DNA of 11,233 nucleotides from Candidatus Iainarchaeum sp. (GTDB taxonomy: Archaea > Iainarchaeota > Iainarchaeia > Iainarchaeales > GW2011-AR10), in the NCBI GenBank assembly GCA_016198165.1, contig JACQJF010000045.1, forward strand, positions 1-11,233, given 5' to 3'. Of this stretch, positions 1-6,963 are shown in pieces (position 1 is the stretch's first letter; every line of letters starts with the position of its first letter). Under the pieces are notes generated by a model. It saw only the letters and a list, made by a program, of their open reading frames with translations. It had not been told where the DNA came from and made no database searches. The position numbers were made by a program, and so were the translations under genes.

Positions 1-1128
1 TTCAAAAAAAGTTTTTAAAAATTTGTAAGTTTTTAACCATCCAACTTGGTCTTCCAAAAAATATTTTTGGTTTGATTCTTCCATAAGGCATTCCTTGTAG
101 TTAAATAGGCAGCCATTAGCGGTTATTCCTATACATTCCTTTCCTATTCTTTTGGTTTCAAAAATGTCTGTCTCGTTTGCACCTATCAAAACAATGTCGG
201 CTGAGTATCCTGCAAACCGCTCAAAATATAGGTTTTCTTGTAAAAAATCAAATCCCGGGACACCTAAGTTTATTATTTCTGAAGTTTTTCCAATGTGGTT
301 TAATTTTTGTTCAAGAATGAATGGAATAGAGCTAGAGTTCAATACTCCATACCCAAAAACATAACTGTCTCCCATAAAGAGAACTCGCACTTTTTTTGGG
401 TCTTTTGCTTTAGTTATTTCTCTTGATTCCCGTATCCCAATGGAATTAGTTTTAACGGGGTATAATTTTTCTGAAAGTAAATGTGGTTTAAATAGATTGA
501 CATCCATAGAGAAATTTGTGTGTGGGTCATATTTGTACACGCATATAGGGAATAATGATAAATTCGGTTTTATTAGTGCGGCTGTATTGAAGTTTTCTGC
601 GATGACTCTTAATCCTTCTTGTGTTTTTTCGACATTGTTTGTTATAGTATTAACGTCCTGAACTTCAATTACCTTAAGGGCTCCTTTCATGTTATACGCT
701 TTATAATCCTTCTGGCAAAGTTCAAGCGCGAATTCAGTGTCAAGTAGGGCTTTGTTGTACTCTCCTATTATGTAATAGATTTTTGCTCTTTCGTCGTATA
801 CTTCTGCAACATTCGGGTTTTTGTTTATTGACTCAGTATATTTTACTGCAGCCAATTCAATGTTTGCTTCAGCGAAAGCTTTTTTTCCTTCTTCAAATAG
901 TTGTCTTGCTTTGTCCTGGGCTTGGTTGGAATTTATTTCTGATGGATTCCCAAAACTGCAACTAGAATTTGAGTATAAATATTGGTCTGCTGGGTGTATT
1001 TGTGGTTGGCTAGTGGTTTGTGTAATTGTAAAAAAAATTTCAACCAGAACGACTAGAATAATTAGTGTGCCAAGGAAAATAGTTGCATTCTGTGCTATAT
1101 CTTTTGCAGAATTTGTGCTGCTTTGCAT
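1..1128 (-). CDS. Partial CDS (N-terminal 376 codons; 3' end beyond left window edge). Membrane-anchored TPR-repeat protein with SGNH/GDSL-family hydrolase domain.
   Basis: Manual reverse-complement translation from ATG (revcomp of 1126-1128) gives an uninterrupted frame to position 1 with no stop: MQSSTNSAKDIAQNATIFLGTLIILVVLVEIFFTITQTTSQ... This includes a hydrophobic helix (IFLGTLIILVVLVEIFFTI), a TPR-like stretch (AEVYDERAKIYYIIGEYNKALLDTEFALELCQKDYKAYNMKGALK) and the SGNH block I motif RVLFMGDSYVFGYG (GDS encoded at 372-364). A conserved Gly block (INLGVPGFD) and a block-III-like LIGANETD follow. The ORF track omits it only because it lacks a stop inside the window. It overrides the short plus-strand ORFs 152-364, 440-661, 783-965 and 821-1147. 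Confidence 0.6.
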   Translation of the reverse strand, partial: MQSSTNSAKDIAQNATIFLGTLIILVVLVEIFFTITQTTSQPQIHPADQYLYSNSSCSFGNPSEINSNQAQDKARQLFEEGKKAFAEANIELAAVKYTESINKNPNVAEVYDERAKIYYIIGEYNKALLDTEFALELCQKDYKAYNMKGALKVIEVQDVNTITNNVEKTQEGLRVIAENFNTAALIKPNLSLFPICVYKYDPHTNFSMDVNLFKPHLLSEKLYPVKTNSIGIRESREITKAKDPKKVRVLFMGDSYVFGYGVLNSSSIPFILEQKLNHIGKTSEIINLGVPGFDFLQENLYFERFAGYSADIVLIGANETDIFETKRIGKECIGITANGCLFNYKECLMEESNQKYFLEDQVGWLKTYKFLKTFFE

Positions 1129-1134
1129 ATTTTT

Positions 1135-2385
1135 TCAGCTTAAATAAATTTTTCCTTCGCGCAGGTAGAACTTCGGAATCGCGACGTTGATGGTTTCTTT
1201 TGTCTTTATGTTTTTGTAGGTGATTGTCCTGGTCTGTTTTTCGACGTCCTCTACCTTGCCTATCCAGCGGCCCTGCTTGTCGTAGACGGGCAGGCCGACG
1301 AGGAGGCGCGTGACTTTTTTGCGCACGTCAAGGACTGACGAGGCCTTGTATGCGATGAATGCGACTGCAAAGCTTATCAGGACGTTTATGACAAAGTAGT
1401 CAATGCCTGCGTATGATTCACCTATGAGCACACGCCTTCCGCTGTCCAGAATGAACCATGCCAAAAAAATCGTGACAATCGAGAGGGAGTACCTGCGCAG
1501 GTAGAACGCTTTTTTCAATTGTATCGCGTCGATTGAGCGCCCGAGGAGGAATGCCGCGCCTGCGACTGCCACAAAGTTGGTTAATTGTTCTGCTGCTGCG
1601 GAAAACTGGAGCACGACGTTCTGCTGGCCTGGCTGCGTGAAGGCATTCATGCTGGCATAGATGCCGATGAAGAAAAACAGGATTGAAGTGATGTAGAATG
1701 GAAAACTGATTTTTTGGAGTGAAACTGATTTTGTGACGGATGAAACCGTGGACGCGATTTTTTCTTCAAGGCCGGTTCCCTTGAGGATGAGATATGCCCC
1801 GATGAGTATTGACATTGACTGTACGAATAGCCTTTCAAAGCCGAGGAAAAAAAGCGAGCCCCAAAGGAGGATTACGAGTCCCGGCACCAAAAAAACGATT
1901 CTTGCGATTCCGGGGTCCCGCAGGGCCTCCATTATCGAGTAATAAGTGCTTTCGACTTCTTTTGCCTGCTTGATTATCACGACTTCAACCGAGATGATTG
2001 GCACACGGCCCTGTATCATTGGAATGACCTGTTCGTCTTCCGAGCCATCGCTTACAAAGACCACTCCGTCTGCGGGAAATGCTTCAAGCACGCTTTCAAT
2101 CTGTTCCATGATTTTTTTGTCCGACTCAAAGCCCGTTTTTCCCACGCCTGTGAGGGTGCAGACTTCAACGTTTTTCATCCCTTCAATTGCCGAAAGTTCG
2201 TCAAATTTTTTAATGGCTGCAAACATGCTGTTTGCGTCCGCCTCTTCAGGGTCTGCCAGGGCAAGTTTTGCGGCTGCGTTAAGGTTGGCTTTCCTGCCCA
2301 CTACGGGGCCTTTTATGCCTGTTTTTCGCCCCAGGTCATTATCGCGGTCAACGCAGATAACCAGGATGTTTTCGTATTTGGCCAT
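1135..2385 (-). CDS. DUF373-family archaeal integral membrane protein (function unknown)
   Basis: 416-aa ORF whose N-terminus (MAKYENILVICVDRDNDLGRKTGIKGPVVGRKANLNAAAKLALADPEEADANSMFAAIKKFDEL) matches the conserved archaeal DUF373 signature (LVLCVDRDDDLGRKTGI...). A soluble N-domain is followed by several TM helices. It is in the same frame as, and 6 nt upstream of, the start of the downstream TPR-SGNH gene. Confidence 0.75.
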   Translation of the reverse strand: MAKYENILVICVDRDNDLGRKTGIKGPVVGRKANLNAAAKLALADPEEADANSMFAAIKKFDELSAIEGMKNVEVCTLTGVGKTGFESDKKIMEQIESVLEAFPADGVVFVSDGSEDEQVIPMIQGRVPIISVEVVIIKQAKEVESTYYSIMEALRDPGIARIVFLVPGLVILLWGSLFFLGFERLFVQSMSILIGAYLILKGTGLEEKIASTVSSVTKSVSLQKISFPFYITSILFFFIGIYASMNAFTQPGQQNVVLQFSAAAEQLTNFVAVAGAAFLLGRSIDAIQLKKAFYLRRYSLSIVTIFLAWFILDSGRRVLIGESYAGIDYFVINVLISFAVAFIAYKASSVLDVRKKVTRLLVGLPVYDKQGRWIGKVEDVEKQTRTITYKNIKTKETINVAIPKFYLREGKIYLS

Positions 2386-2469
2386 GCAAAACGCTTTCCA
2401 TTTAATAATTTCTCTTTATATATAATGATTATGCCTTAGGGGCATTAAATTTCTTTCGGTGATTGGTTT
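2386..2469. promoter_or_regulatory. Divergent promoter region between the DUF373 gene (-) and the SPFH gene (+)
   Basis: AT-rich 84-nt spacer with a palindromic TATA-like 'tttatatataat' (2415-2426) about 30 nt upstream of the minus-strand ATG at 2385, and 'attaaatt' (~2444-2451) about 22-26 nt upstream of the plus-strand ATG at 2470. There is no obvious SD, consistent with leaderless archaeal transcripts. Confidence 0.4.
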
Positions 2470-3477
2470 TTGGCGCATGAACAGGAGCATAGTAACGGTG
2501 GCCATGAAACGGGCGGGGGGCACGAGGCAGAGCCAATAAATCCTGCCCAGGTTGAAGAGAAGAGGATAAGGGACAGTGTTTTTCTTGCAGTGCTCCTTGG
2601 CCTGGCGGTTCTGGCCGGGGTTTTTTTTGTCGGCGCGGGATTCATTTTTGACAACCTGATGCTGATTGTCGCAGTGCTGTTGTTTGCATACCTTGGCTTC
2701 AAGTATGACTATCTTATAAAGCTCAAAGAGTACGAGCGTGCGGTTATCTTCACTTTCGGGAGGACCAGCGGTGTTTCGGGCCCCGGGTGGGTGTTTGTTT
2801 TCCCGCCTTTCCAGTCTTTTGAAAAAGTTGACCTCCGCCAGAAAGTCCTTGACGTGCCGCCGCAGACAGTTGTCCCAAAGGACAGCGTGTCCCTACAGGT
2901 TGACGCATTGATTTACCTTAACATCAAGCGCGACAAAGAGTCCATTTTGAAGTCTGTTCTGGACGTGCAGGATGTCGAGGATGCGGCAAAAAAGTATGTC
3001 GTGGCAAGCCTGAGGGATGTTGTCGGGAATATTTCCCTTACCGACCTCATTTCAAACATCGAGGACATGAACCGGCTTTTGAAGACACAGCTTGAAAAAA
3101 TAGCCACTGCCTGGGGGGTGAATGTCGAGGCGGTGAAGCTGCAGAGCGTGGACATTCCGAAAGTAGTGCTTGACGCGATGCTGGAGGAAAAGCCTGCGAC
3201 GCAGAAAAAACTCGCCAGGTTCGAGGAAGCCGAGGCGCATCAGCGCGAAATCGAGGCGGTGCGCAACGCCGCGGAAAACCTCAGCGACAAGGCACTGACG
3301 TATTATTACATCAGGGCGCTTGAAAAAATCGGCCAGAGCAGTTCAACGAAATTCGTTTTCCCCATGGAACTGACCAGGCTTGCCGAGTCGATTACAAATA
3401 AAAAAATGTCGGGGGCTGAAATTGAAAGCCTGTTCAAAAGGTTCGCCCCAAAAATAAGGGCTTTGGCGAAAAAATGA
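2470..3477 (+). CDS. SPFH/band-7 (stomatin/prohibitin-like) membrane protein with His/Gly-rich N-terminal tail
   Basis: 335 aa. One TM segment (VFLAVLLGLAVLAGVFFVGAGFIF...) is followed by the SPFH core (EYERAVIFTFGRTSGVSGPGWVFVFPPFQSFEKVDLRQKVLDVPPQTVVPKDSVSLQVDALIYLNIKRD) and a coiled-coil-like Ala/Glu-rich C-terminal region (ARFEEAEAHQREIEAVRNAAENL). The N-terminal MAHEQEHSNGGHETGGGHEAEP is His/Gly-rich. Confidence 0.85.
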   Translation: MAHEQEHSNGGHETGGGHEAEPINPAQVEEKRIRDSVFLAVLLGLAVLAGVFFVGAGFIFDNLMLIVAVLLFAYLGFKYDYLIKLKEYERAVIFTFGRTSGVSGPGWVFVFPPFQSFEKVDLRQKVLDVPPQTVVPKDSVSLQVDALIYLNIKRDKESILKSVLDVQDVEDAAKKYVVASLRDVVGNISLTDLISNIEDMNRLLKTQLEKIATAWGVNVEAVKLQSVDIPKVVLDAMLEEKPATQKKLARFEEAEAHQREIEAVRNAAENLSDKALTYYYIRALEKIGQSSSTKFVFPMELTRLAESITNKKMSGAEIESLFKRFAPKIRALAKK

Positions 3478-3550
3478 TTGAAACTATGGCAAACCCAGAA
3501 AAATAACTCCGTCAATTGTCCAGGGTTCATTGCACTCTTGTGCGGTGCCC

Positions 3551-3624
3551 CGCAAAGCTTCGCTTTGCGAGGTGCTAATCTGTCAAACCACGCCAAAATG
3601 CCGGAAAACTTTCATGGTTTGACA
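3551..3624. terminator. Convergent-gene spacer with two inverted repeats (possible bidirectional terminator or protein-binding site)
   Basis: Perfect 8-bp stem, 3-nt loop hairpin cgcaaagc-ttc-gctttgcg (3551-3569). A 10-bp perfect inverted repeat tgtcaaacca (3581-3590) / tggtttgaca (3615-3624) is separated by 24 nt. It lies between the stop of the SPFH gene (3477) and the stop of the minus-strand exonuclease gene (3639). Confidence 0.3.
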
Positions 3625-3638
3625 TAACCTCGAAATAA

Positions 3639-4214
3639 TCAAAGTTTTATTATTTTTCTATTTTTTAATTCAAAAAAACATTTTGCACAGGCAGAAACAT
3701 CACTTAAAGCATCGTGGGCATCATCAAAAGAAGTATTGAATAATTTGTGGTGCAGCTCCATAAGTGTTGGCCATTTATATCCATAAGGCCCAAGAATCTT
3801 GCAAAAATCCGTTGTTGAATGCATCGTGCATATTTTTGTTATTGAAAAAAGATTATTGTTAATTTTTGTTCTAATCAATTCAGAACCTACGACTTTTTCA
3901 TCAAAGTTCATATTATGTGCAACTAATAACTTTGAATTGCCGAGAATGGCAGAAAACTCACTTAGCGCTCTTTTTAGAGGAATGCCGAATTTATTTGCTT
4001 TTTCATTGGATATCCCATGAACTTTAACAGTATCTGGGGGAATTTTGAAATTCTCTGGTTTAATGATATAGCTTTGCTTTGACATCTCTTTACCGGAATT
4101 ATCACACTGCAACCACGCAATTTGAACTAATCGTGGCCAATTACTTAAATCTGAAACTGGCGCGCTCCAACTTTTTGGGAGTCCTGTGGTTTCTGTGTCA
4201 AAAAACAAATACAT
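3639..4214 (-). CDS. DEDDh-family 3'-5' exonuclease (DnaQ / DNA Pol III epsilon-like)
   Basis: 191 aa with Exo I MYLFFDTETTGLP, Exo II LLVAHNMNFDEKVV and Exo III FDDAHDALSDVSACAKCF (H-x4-D, hence DEDDh). It is visibly more AT-rich than the flanking genes. An SD-like ggtga sits in the 16-nt spacer to the upstream gene (revcomp of 4215-4230). Confidence 0.8.
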   Translation of the reverse strand: MYLFFDTETTGLPKSWSAPVSDLSNWPRLVQIAWLQCDNSGKEMSKQSYIIKPENFKIPPDTVKVHGISNEKANKFGIPLKRALSEFSAILGNSKLLVAHNMNFDEKVVGSELIRTKINNNLFSITKICTMHSTTDFCKILGPYGYKWPTLMELHHKLFNTSFDDAHDALSDVSACAKCFFELKNRKIIKL

Positions 4215-4230
4215 TTATTTCACCATATTT

Positions 4231-5229
4231 TTATTTTGCTGTAAATTCCTGCGGATTCCCTGCTTTTTTTTTCGCAAGAAGCATGACTGCAACTGCGACC
4301 ATGATGAGTATTTCAACGGCTATTATCTGTGATGCGAGGGCAGGCTCGATGATTGCTGCGGCTTCGATAATCGCGCCTATCACGAGGAAAACGTATGCAA
4401 TGGCAAGCAGGCTTGCCGCGTCCTTGATGATTATCTCAAGGGCATGGCGTTTTTTGCGAGCAAGCACAATGCCTGCGGATAGTATCCCGCCTGCAATAGC
4501 GCCGAAGAAATAACCCAGCACTTCAAAGCTCCCGTGCGGGAAGTACCCGATGAATCTTTCAAATCCAGCTTGGGGGCTTTTTTCGAGTATTTCTGTCCCG
4601 ACGAATGTTCCAATCACGCTTGCGTTCCAGCTGACGATAAAGACTGCCCCGGCACCGTAAAGGAACGAAAGAATTATTGACAGGTTTAGGACCCAGAAGT
4701 TGTTGAAGAAAATCAGTTCAAAGCACGCCGGGATTGAGCGCGTGGCGACGTTTTTGCACTCGTTAAACCCGATTGCAGCCCCCGTGATGCTTCTGCCGGT
4801 TATTGCCGTGAATACCTGTGCCTGTTCTTCAAAGACTTTTTCGCGCGTGGGAAAAAAGCACTTGCCGTCGGAATCTAAAAAATCGCATGCCGCTTCGTTT
4901 GCCGGGAGCACCGAGAACCAGAGCGCATAGCTTGCAACAATGCCGAGGAAGAGGAATATGTAAAACAGCATGAGTGGGTAATGGCGCGTTATAAAGCTTG
5001 GGGCAAAGCCAGGGGCATTGATTTCACCCAGGGCCTCGGTTATGAAGAGCCAGTGCAGTAGAGGGGCAAAGGCTATTGTGATAAAAGCCAGGGGCAGAAT
5101 GCTTAAAGCGGAGGGAAAAACATGGTAAACAAGCCAGATGCTGATGCTTGAAATCGGGAACAAGAGAAAAATGATTATCAATGGCCCGCGCTGTGCCTTT
5201 TTCTTGGTTAACAGTTCTTCCAGGACCAT
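4231..5229 (-). CDS. Polytopic membrane protein with C-terminal SpoIIM/DUF95-like domain and a 4-Cys extracytoplasmic loop (alternative longer start at 5337)
   Basis: The track ORF 4231-5337 is 368 aa; its first 36 codons would overlap the csl4 start head-to-head. The internal ATG at 5229 (MVLEELLTKKKAQRGPLIIIFLLF...) sits about 27 nt downstream of a TATA-like box, so the shorter start is preferred. There are multiple TM helices. The C-terminal half (IFFNNFWVLNLSIILSFLYGAGAVFIVSWNASVIGTFVG ... FIGYFPHGSFEVLGYFFGAIAGGIL) fits the SpoIIM/DUF95 pattern (F-NN...G...G...NG...G ... PHG-FE). The Cys-rich loop is NEAACDFLDSDGKCFF...ECKN...IPAC. Confidence 0.55.
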   Translation of the reverse strand: MVLEELLTKKKAQRGPLIIIFLLFPISSISIWLVYHVFPSALSILPLAFITIAFAPLLHWLFITEALGEINAPGFAPSFITRHYPLMLFYIFLFLGIVASYALWFSVLPANEAACDFLDSDGKCFFPTREKVFEEQAQVFTAITGRSITGAAIGFNECKNVATRSIPACFELIFFNNFWVLNLSIILSFLYGAGAVFIVSWNASVIGTFVGTEILEKSPQAGFERFIGYFPHGSFEVLGYFFGAIAGGILSAGIVLARKKRHALEIIIKDAASLLAIAYVFLVIGAIIEAAAIIEPALASQIIAVEILIMVAVAVMLLAKKKAGNPQEFTAK

Positions 5230-5308
5230 CACATGAATTGGAACGCGCGAATTTAAATAAATTTCCACGGCCACTTTTATAGTAACAAAAAGGGGCAGTG
5301 GTGGGTTA
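5230..5308. promoter_or_regulatory. Divergent promoter region (membrane-protein gene on -, csl4 on +)
   Basis: Palindromic 'aatttaaataaattt' (5250-5264) and 'cttttatag' (5274-5282). The latter ends 28 nt before the csl4 ATG (5309); the former is centred about 27 nt from the minus-strand ATG at 5229. No SD on either side, suggesting leaderless transcripts. Confidence 0.4.
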
Positions 5309-5869
5309 GTGGTTTTTCCAGGAAGCTTTTTAGGCACAGAAGAGGAGTTTTTGCCGGGAGAGAACTGTTTTGAACAGTCAAGTTCGGTTTACTCGGACTC
5401 GATAGGCAAGGAGCACTTTGATTTTGACGAAAAAGTGGTCAGCGTGAAAAAGCTGTCACCTGATGTTTCCATGCTTTCAATTGGAAACGTTGTCCATGCG
5501 GTTGTAGTGCTTGTAAAGGACCAGGCCTGCGTCCTTGAGATACTTGAAATGGAGGATCCGCAGAGGCCTGGCAAAAAAGTTGTCTCTGGTTCAAAAAGCT
5601 CGGTTTTGCCAGTTTTTTCCGTCATGAACAGCTACGTTAAATTCATGTCGGATTACTTCAAAATCGGGGACATTGTCCGGGCGCGGGTTGAAAAAATCTC
5701 GCCAACAGGCATAGAGCTTGAAACCAAATCCGGTCCCGGCCTTGGAGTGGTAATGGCTTACTGTGTTTCCTGCAGGCATGCCCTAAAGCTTGTTGAAATG
5801 GAACTCAAGTGCAGTCACTGCGGAAGCAATGAAAGGAGAAAAATTTCAGCTGACTATTCACTCAAATGA
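5309..5869 (+). CDS. csl4: Exosome complex RNA-binding subunit Csl4
   Basis: 186 aa. The N-terminal domain (FPGSFLGTEEEFLPGEN) is followed by an S1-like domain (KIGDIVRARVEKISPTGIELE) and a C-terminal C4 zinc ribbon (CVSCRHALKLVEMELKCSHCG). It lies immediately upstream of rpoL; csl4-rpoL linkage is an established conserved archaeal pair. Confidence 0.85.
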   Translation: MVFPGSFLGTEEEFLPGENCFEQSSSVYSDSIGKEHFDFDEKVVSVKKLSPDVSMLSIGNVVHAVVVLVKDQACVLEILEMEDPQRPGKKVVSGSKSSVLPVFSVMNSYVKFMSDYFKIGDIVRARVEKISPTGIELETKSGPGLGVVMAYCVSCRHALKLVEMELKCSHCGSNERRKISADYSLK

Positions 5870-5897
5870 TTTTTTTTTGCTTGGAGGTTTTTTTTAA

Positions 5898-6176
5898 ATG
5901 GAGCTTGAAGTAACCAAAAATGACGGGAACGCCCTTGAGTTTGTGCTTAAGGGGGAGAGGCACACTTTTGCAAACCTGCTTAAAAGCAAGCTTTTGGAGG
6001 ACAAAAACGTTTCGTTTGTTTCATACGTGCTTGACCACCCGCTTGGGAACAACGCGGTTTTTTCACTTGCGACAAATGGCTCGAAAAAACCGAGGAAAGC
6101 GCTTGAAGACGCGCTCAAGGAAATCGAATCCGAGCTTGACGAGTTCTCAAAAGGCGTGAAGAAAGCCCTCAAATGA
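5898..6176 (+). CDS. rpoL: DNA-directed RNA polymerase subunit L (Rpo11)
   Basis: 92 aa, MELEVTKNDGNALEFVLKGERHTFANLLKSKLLEDKNVSFVSYVLDHPLGNNAVFSLATNGSKKPRKALEDALKEI. It matches the archaeal RpoL/Rpo11 pattern (E-HT-NLLR..L......V-F--Y---HPL ... T-G--P--AL--A). SD ggaggt at 5883-5888, 9 nt upstream of the ATG. Confidence 0.9.
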   Translation: MELEVTKNDGNALEFVLKGERHTFANLLKSKLLEDKNVSFVSYVLDHPLGNNAVFSLATNGSKKPRKALEDALKEIESELDEFSKGVKKALK

Positions 6177-6195
6177 ATCCCCTGCCGTGTAACTT

Positions 6196-6963
6196 ATGGT
6201 GCTCAAAGGACTCCGGGAAAAGCTGAAATGGCTTGACCCATTCACCTATGTCGACCGCTACGTCGCACCTGTAGTGAATCCCGGCAGGTCGGAAACAATC
6301 GGTTTTTTTCTCGACATTTTTTTTGCCGCTCTTTTCGCATTCATTCTCTACAATTTTTTGGGTTTTGTACTTTCCACTTCCGCGCCAATCGTGATAGTGG
6401 TGAGCGGGAGCATGGAGCCCGTGCTTTACCGCGGCGACATAGTGGTGCTTCAGGGCGTGAAAGCCGAGAGTGTTTCAGCGCCCCTTGTAGTGCTTGAAGA
6501 GCCGTTCCTGGATTCGCGCCCGTTTTCGGATTACGCTTCTGCCACCTGCGTGGACAAAAAAACGGGTGAACAAAAGGACTGCCAGCTTTTTGGCGGGAAG
6601 AACCCGCGCAGCTTTGACACCGTGTCGATAGGGTTCGTGAACGGAAAATCCGTGCAAATCCAGGAAACCGGTGACATAATCGTCTACAATTCCACTTCCT
6701 CTGGCGAGCCCGTGATTCACCGTGCCGTGGCAAAACTGCAGGGTATTGACAAGACGGTCATACTGACAAAAGGGGACAGCGAGCTAAACCCCCTCGTTGA
6801 CCAGCAGGCAGGAATAACCCGTGGGGCAGTGGCGGGTTCACAGATACAGGGCAAGGCGCTCTTCAAAATCCCGCTCCTTGGCTACCTGAAGTTGCTGGTT
6901 TTTGACGATTTGCCTGTCCTGGTTTTCGGGTGCAAAAACCCGCGCGGCTGCCAGATTCCTTGA
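6196..6963 (+). CDS. Archaeal-type signal peptidase I (S26B, Sec11-like)
   Basis: 255 aa. An N-terminal TM is followed by the Ser box VVSGSMEPVLYRGDIVVL (Ser72), the His box GEPVIHRAVAK (His175), a TKGDSELNPLVD (KGDNN-like Asp box) and a C-terminal hydrophobic segment. The Ser-to-His spacing (~103 aa) is longer than typical and includes two Cys. Confidence 0.8.
   Translation: MVLKGLREKLKWLDPFTYVDRYVAPVVNPGRSETIGFFLDIFFAALFAFILYNFLGFVLSTSAPIVIVVSGSMEPVLYRGDIVVLQGVKAESVSAPLVVLEEPFLDSRPFSDYASATCVDKKTGEQKDCQLFGGKNPRSFDTVSIGFVNGKSVQIQETGDIIVYNSTSSGEPVIHRAVAKLQGIDKTVILTKGDSELNPLVDQQAGITRGAVAGSQIQGKALFKIPLLGYLKLLVFDDLPVLVFGCKNPRGCQIP

Noticed and set aside
152-1147. Plus-strand ORFs 152-364, 440-661, 783-965, 821-1147 from the ORF track
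   Set aside because: No recognisable domains; all lie antisense to a much longer, domain-rich minus-strand reading frame (TPR + SGNH) that is open across the whole region.
1647-2425. ORFs 1647-1838 (-), 1733-1942 (+), 1946-2425 (+) overlapping the DUF373 gene
   Set aside because: Embedded in or antisense to a well-supported 416-aa gene; low-complexity Ser/Pro/Thr-rich translations typical of off-frame GC-rich artefacts.
2445-2702. Minus-strand 85-aa ORF overlapping the SPFH N-terminus
   Set aside because: Pro/Arg-rich antisense artefact overlapping the divergent promoter and a solid gene.
3306-3596. Minus-strand 96-aa ORF spanning the SPFH 3' end and the convergent spacer
   Set aside because: Overlaps the well-supported SPFH C-terminus antisense; no domain signature. 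The spacer is better explained by hairpins or inverted repeats.
4079-4930. Plus-strand ORFs 4079-4513 and 4700-4930, minus 4431-4613
   Set aside because: Antisense or alternative-frame to the membrane-protein gene; Ala/Ser-rich artefact translations.
5389-6176. ORFs 5389-5625 (-), 5591-5779 (-), 5894-6172 (-), 5920-6159 (+)
   Set aside because: Overlap the csl4 and rpoL genes, which have strong family signatures; the alternatives lack any.
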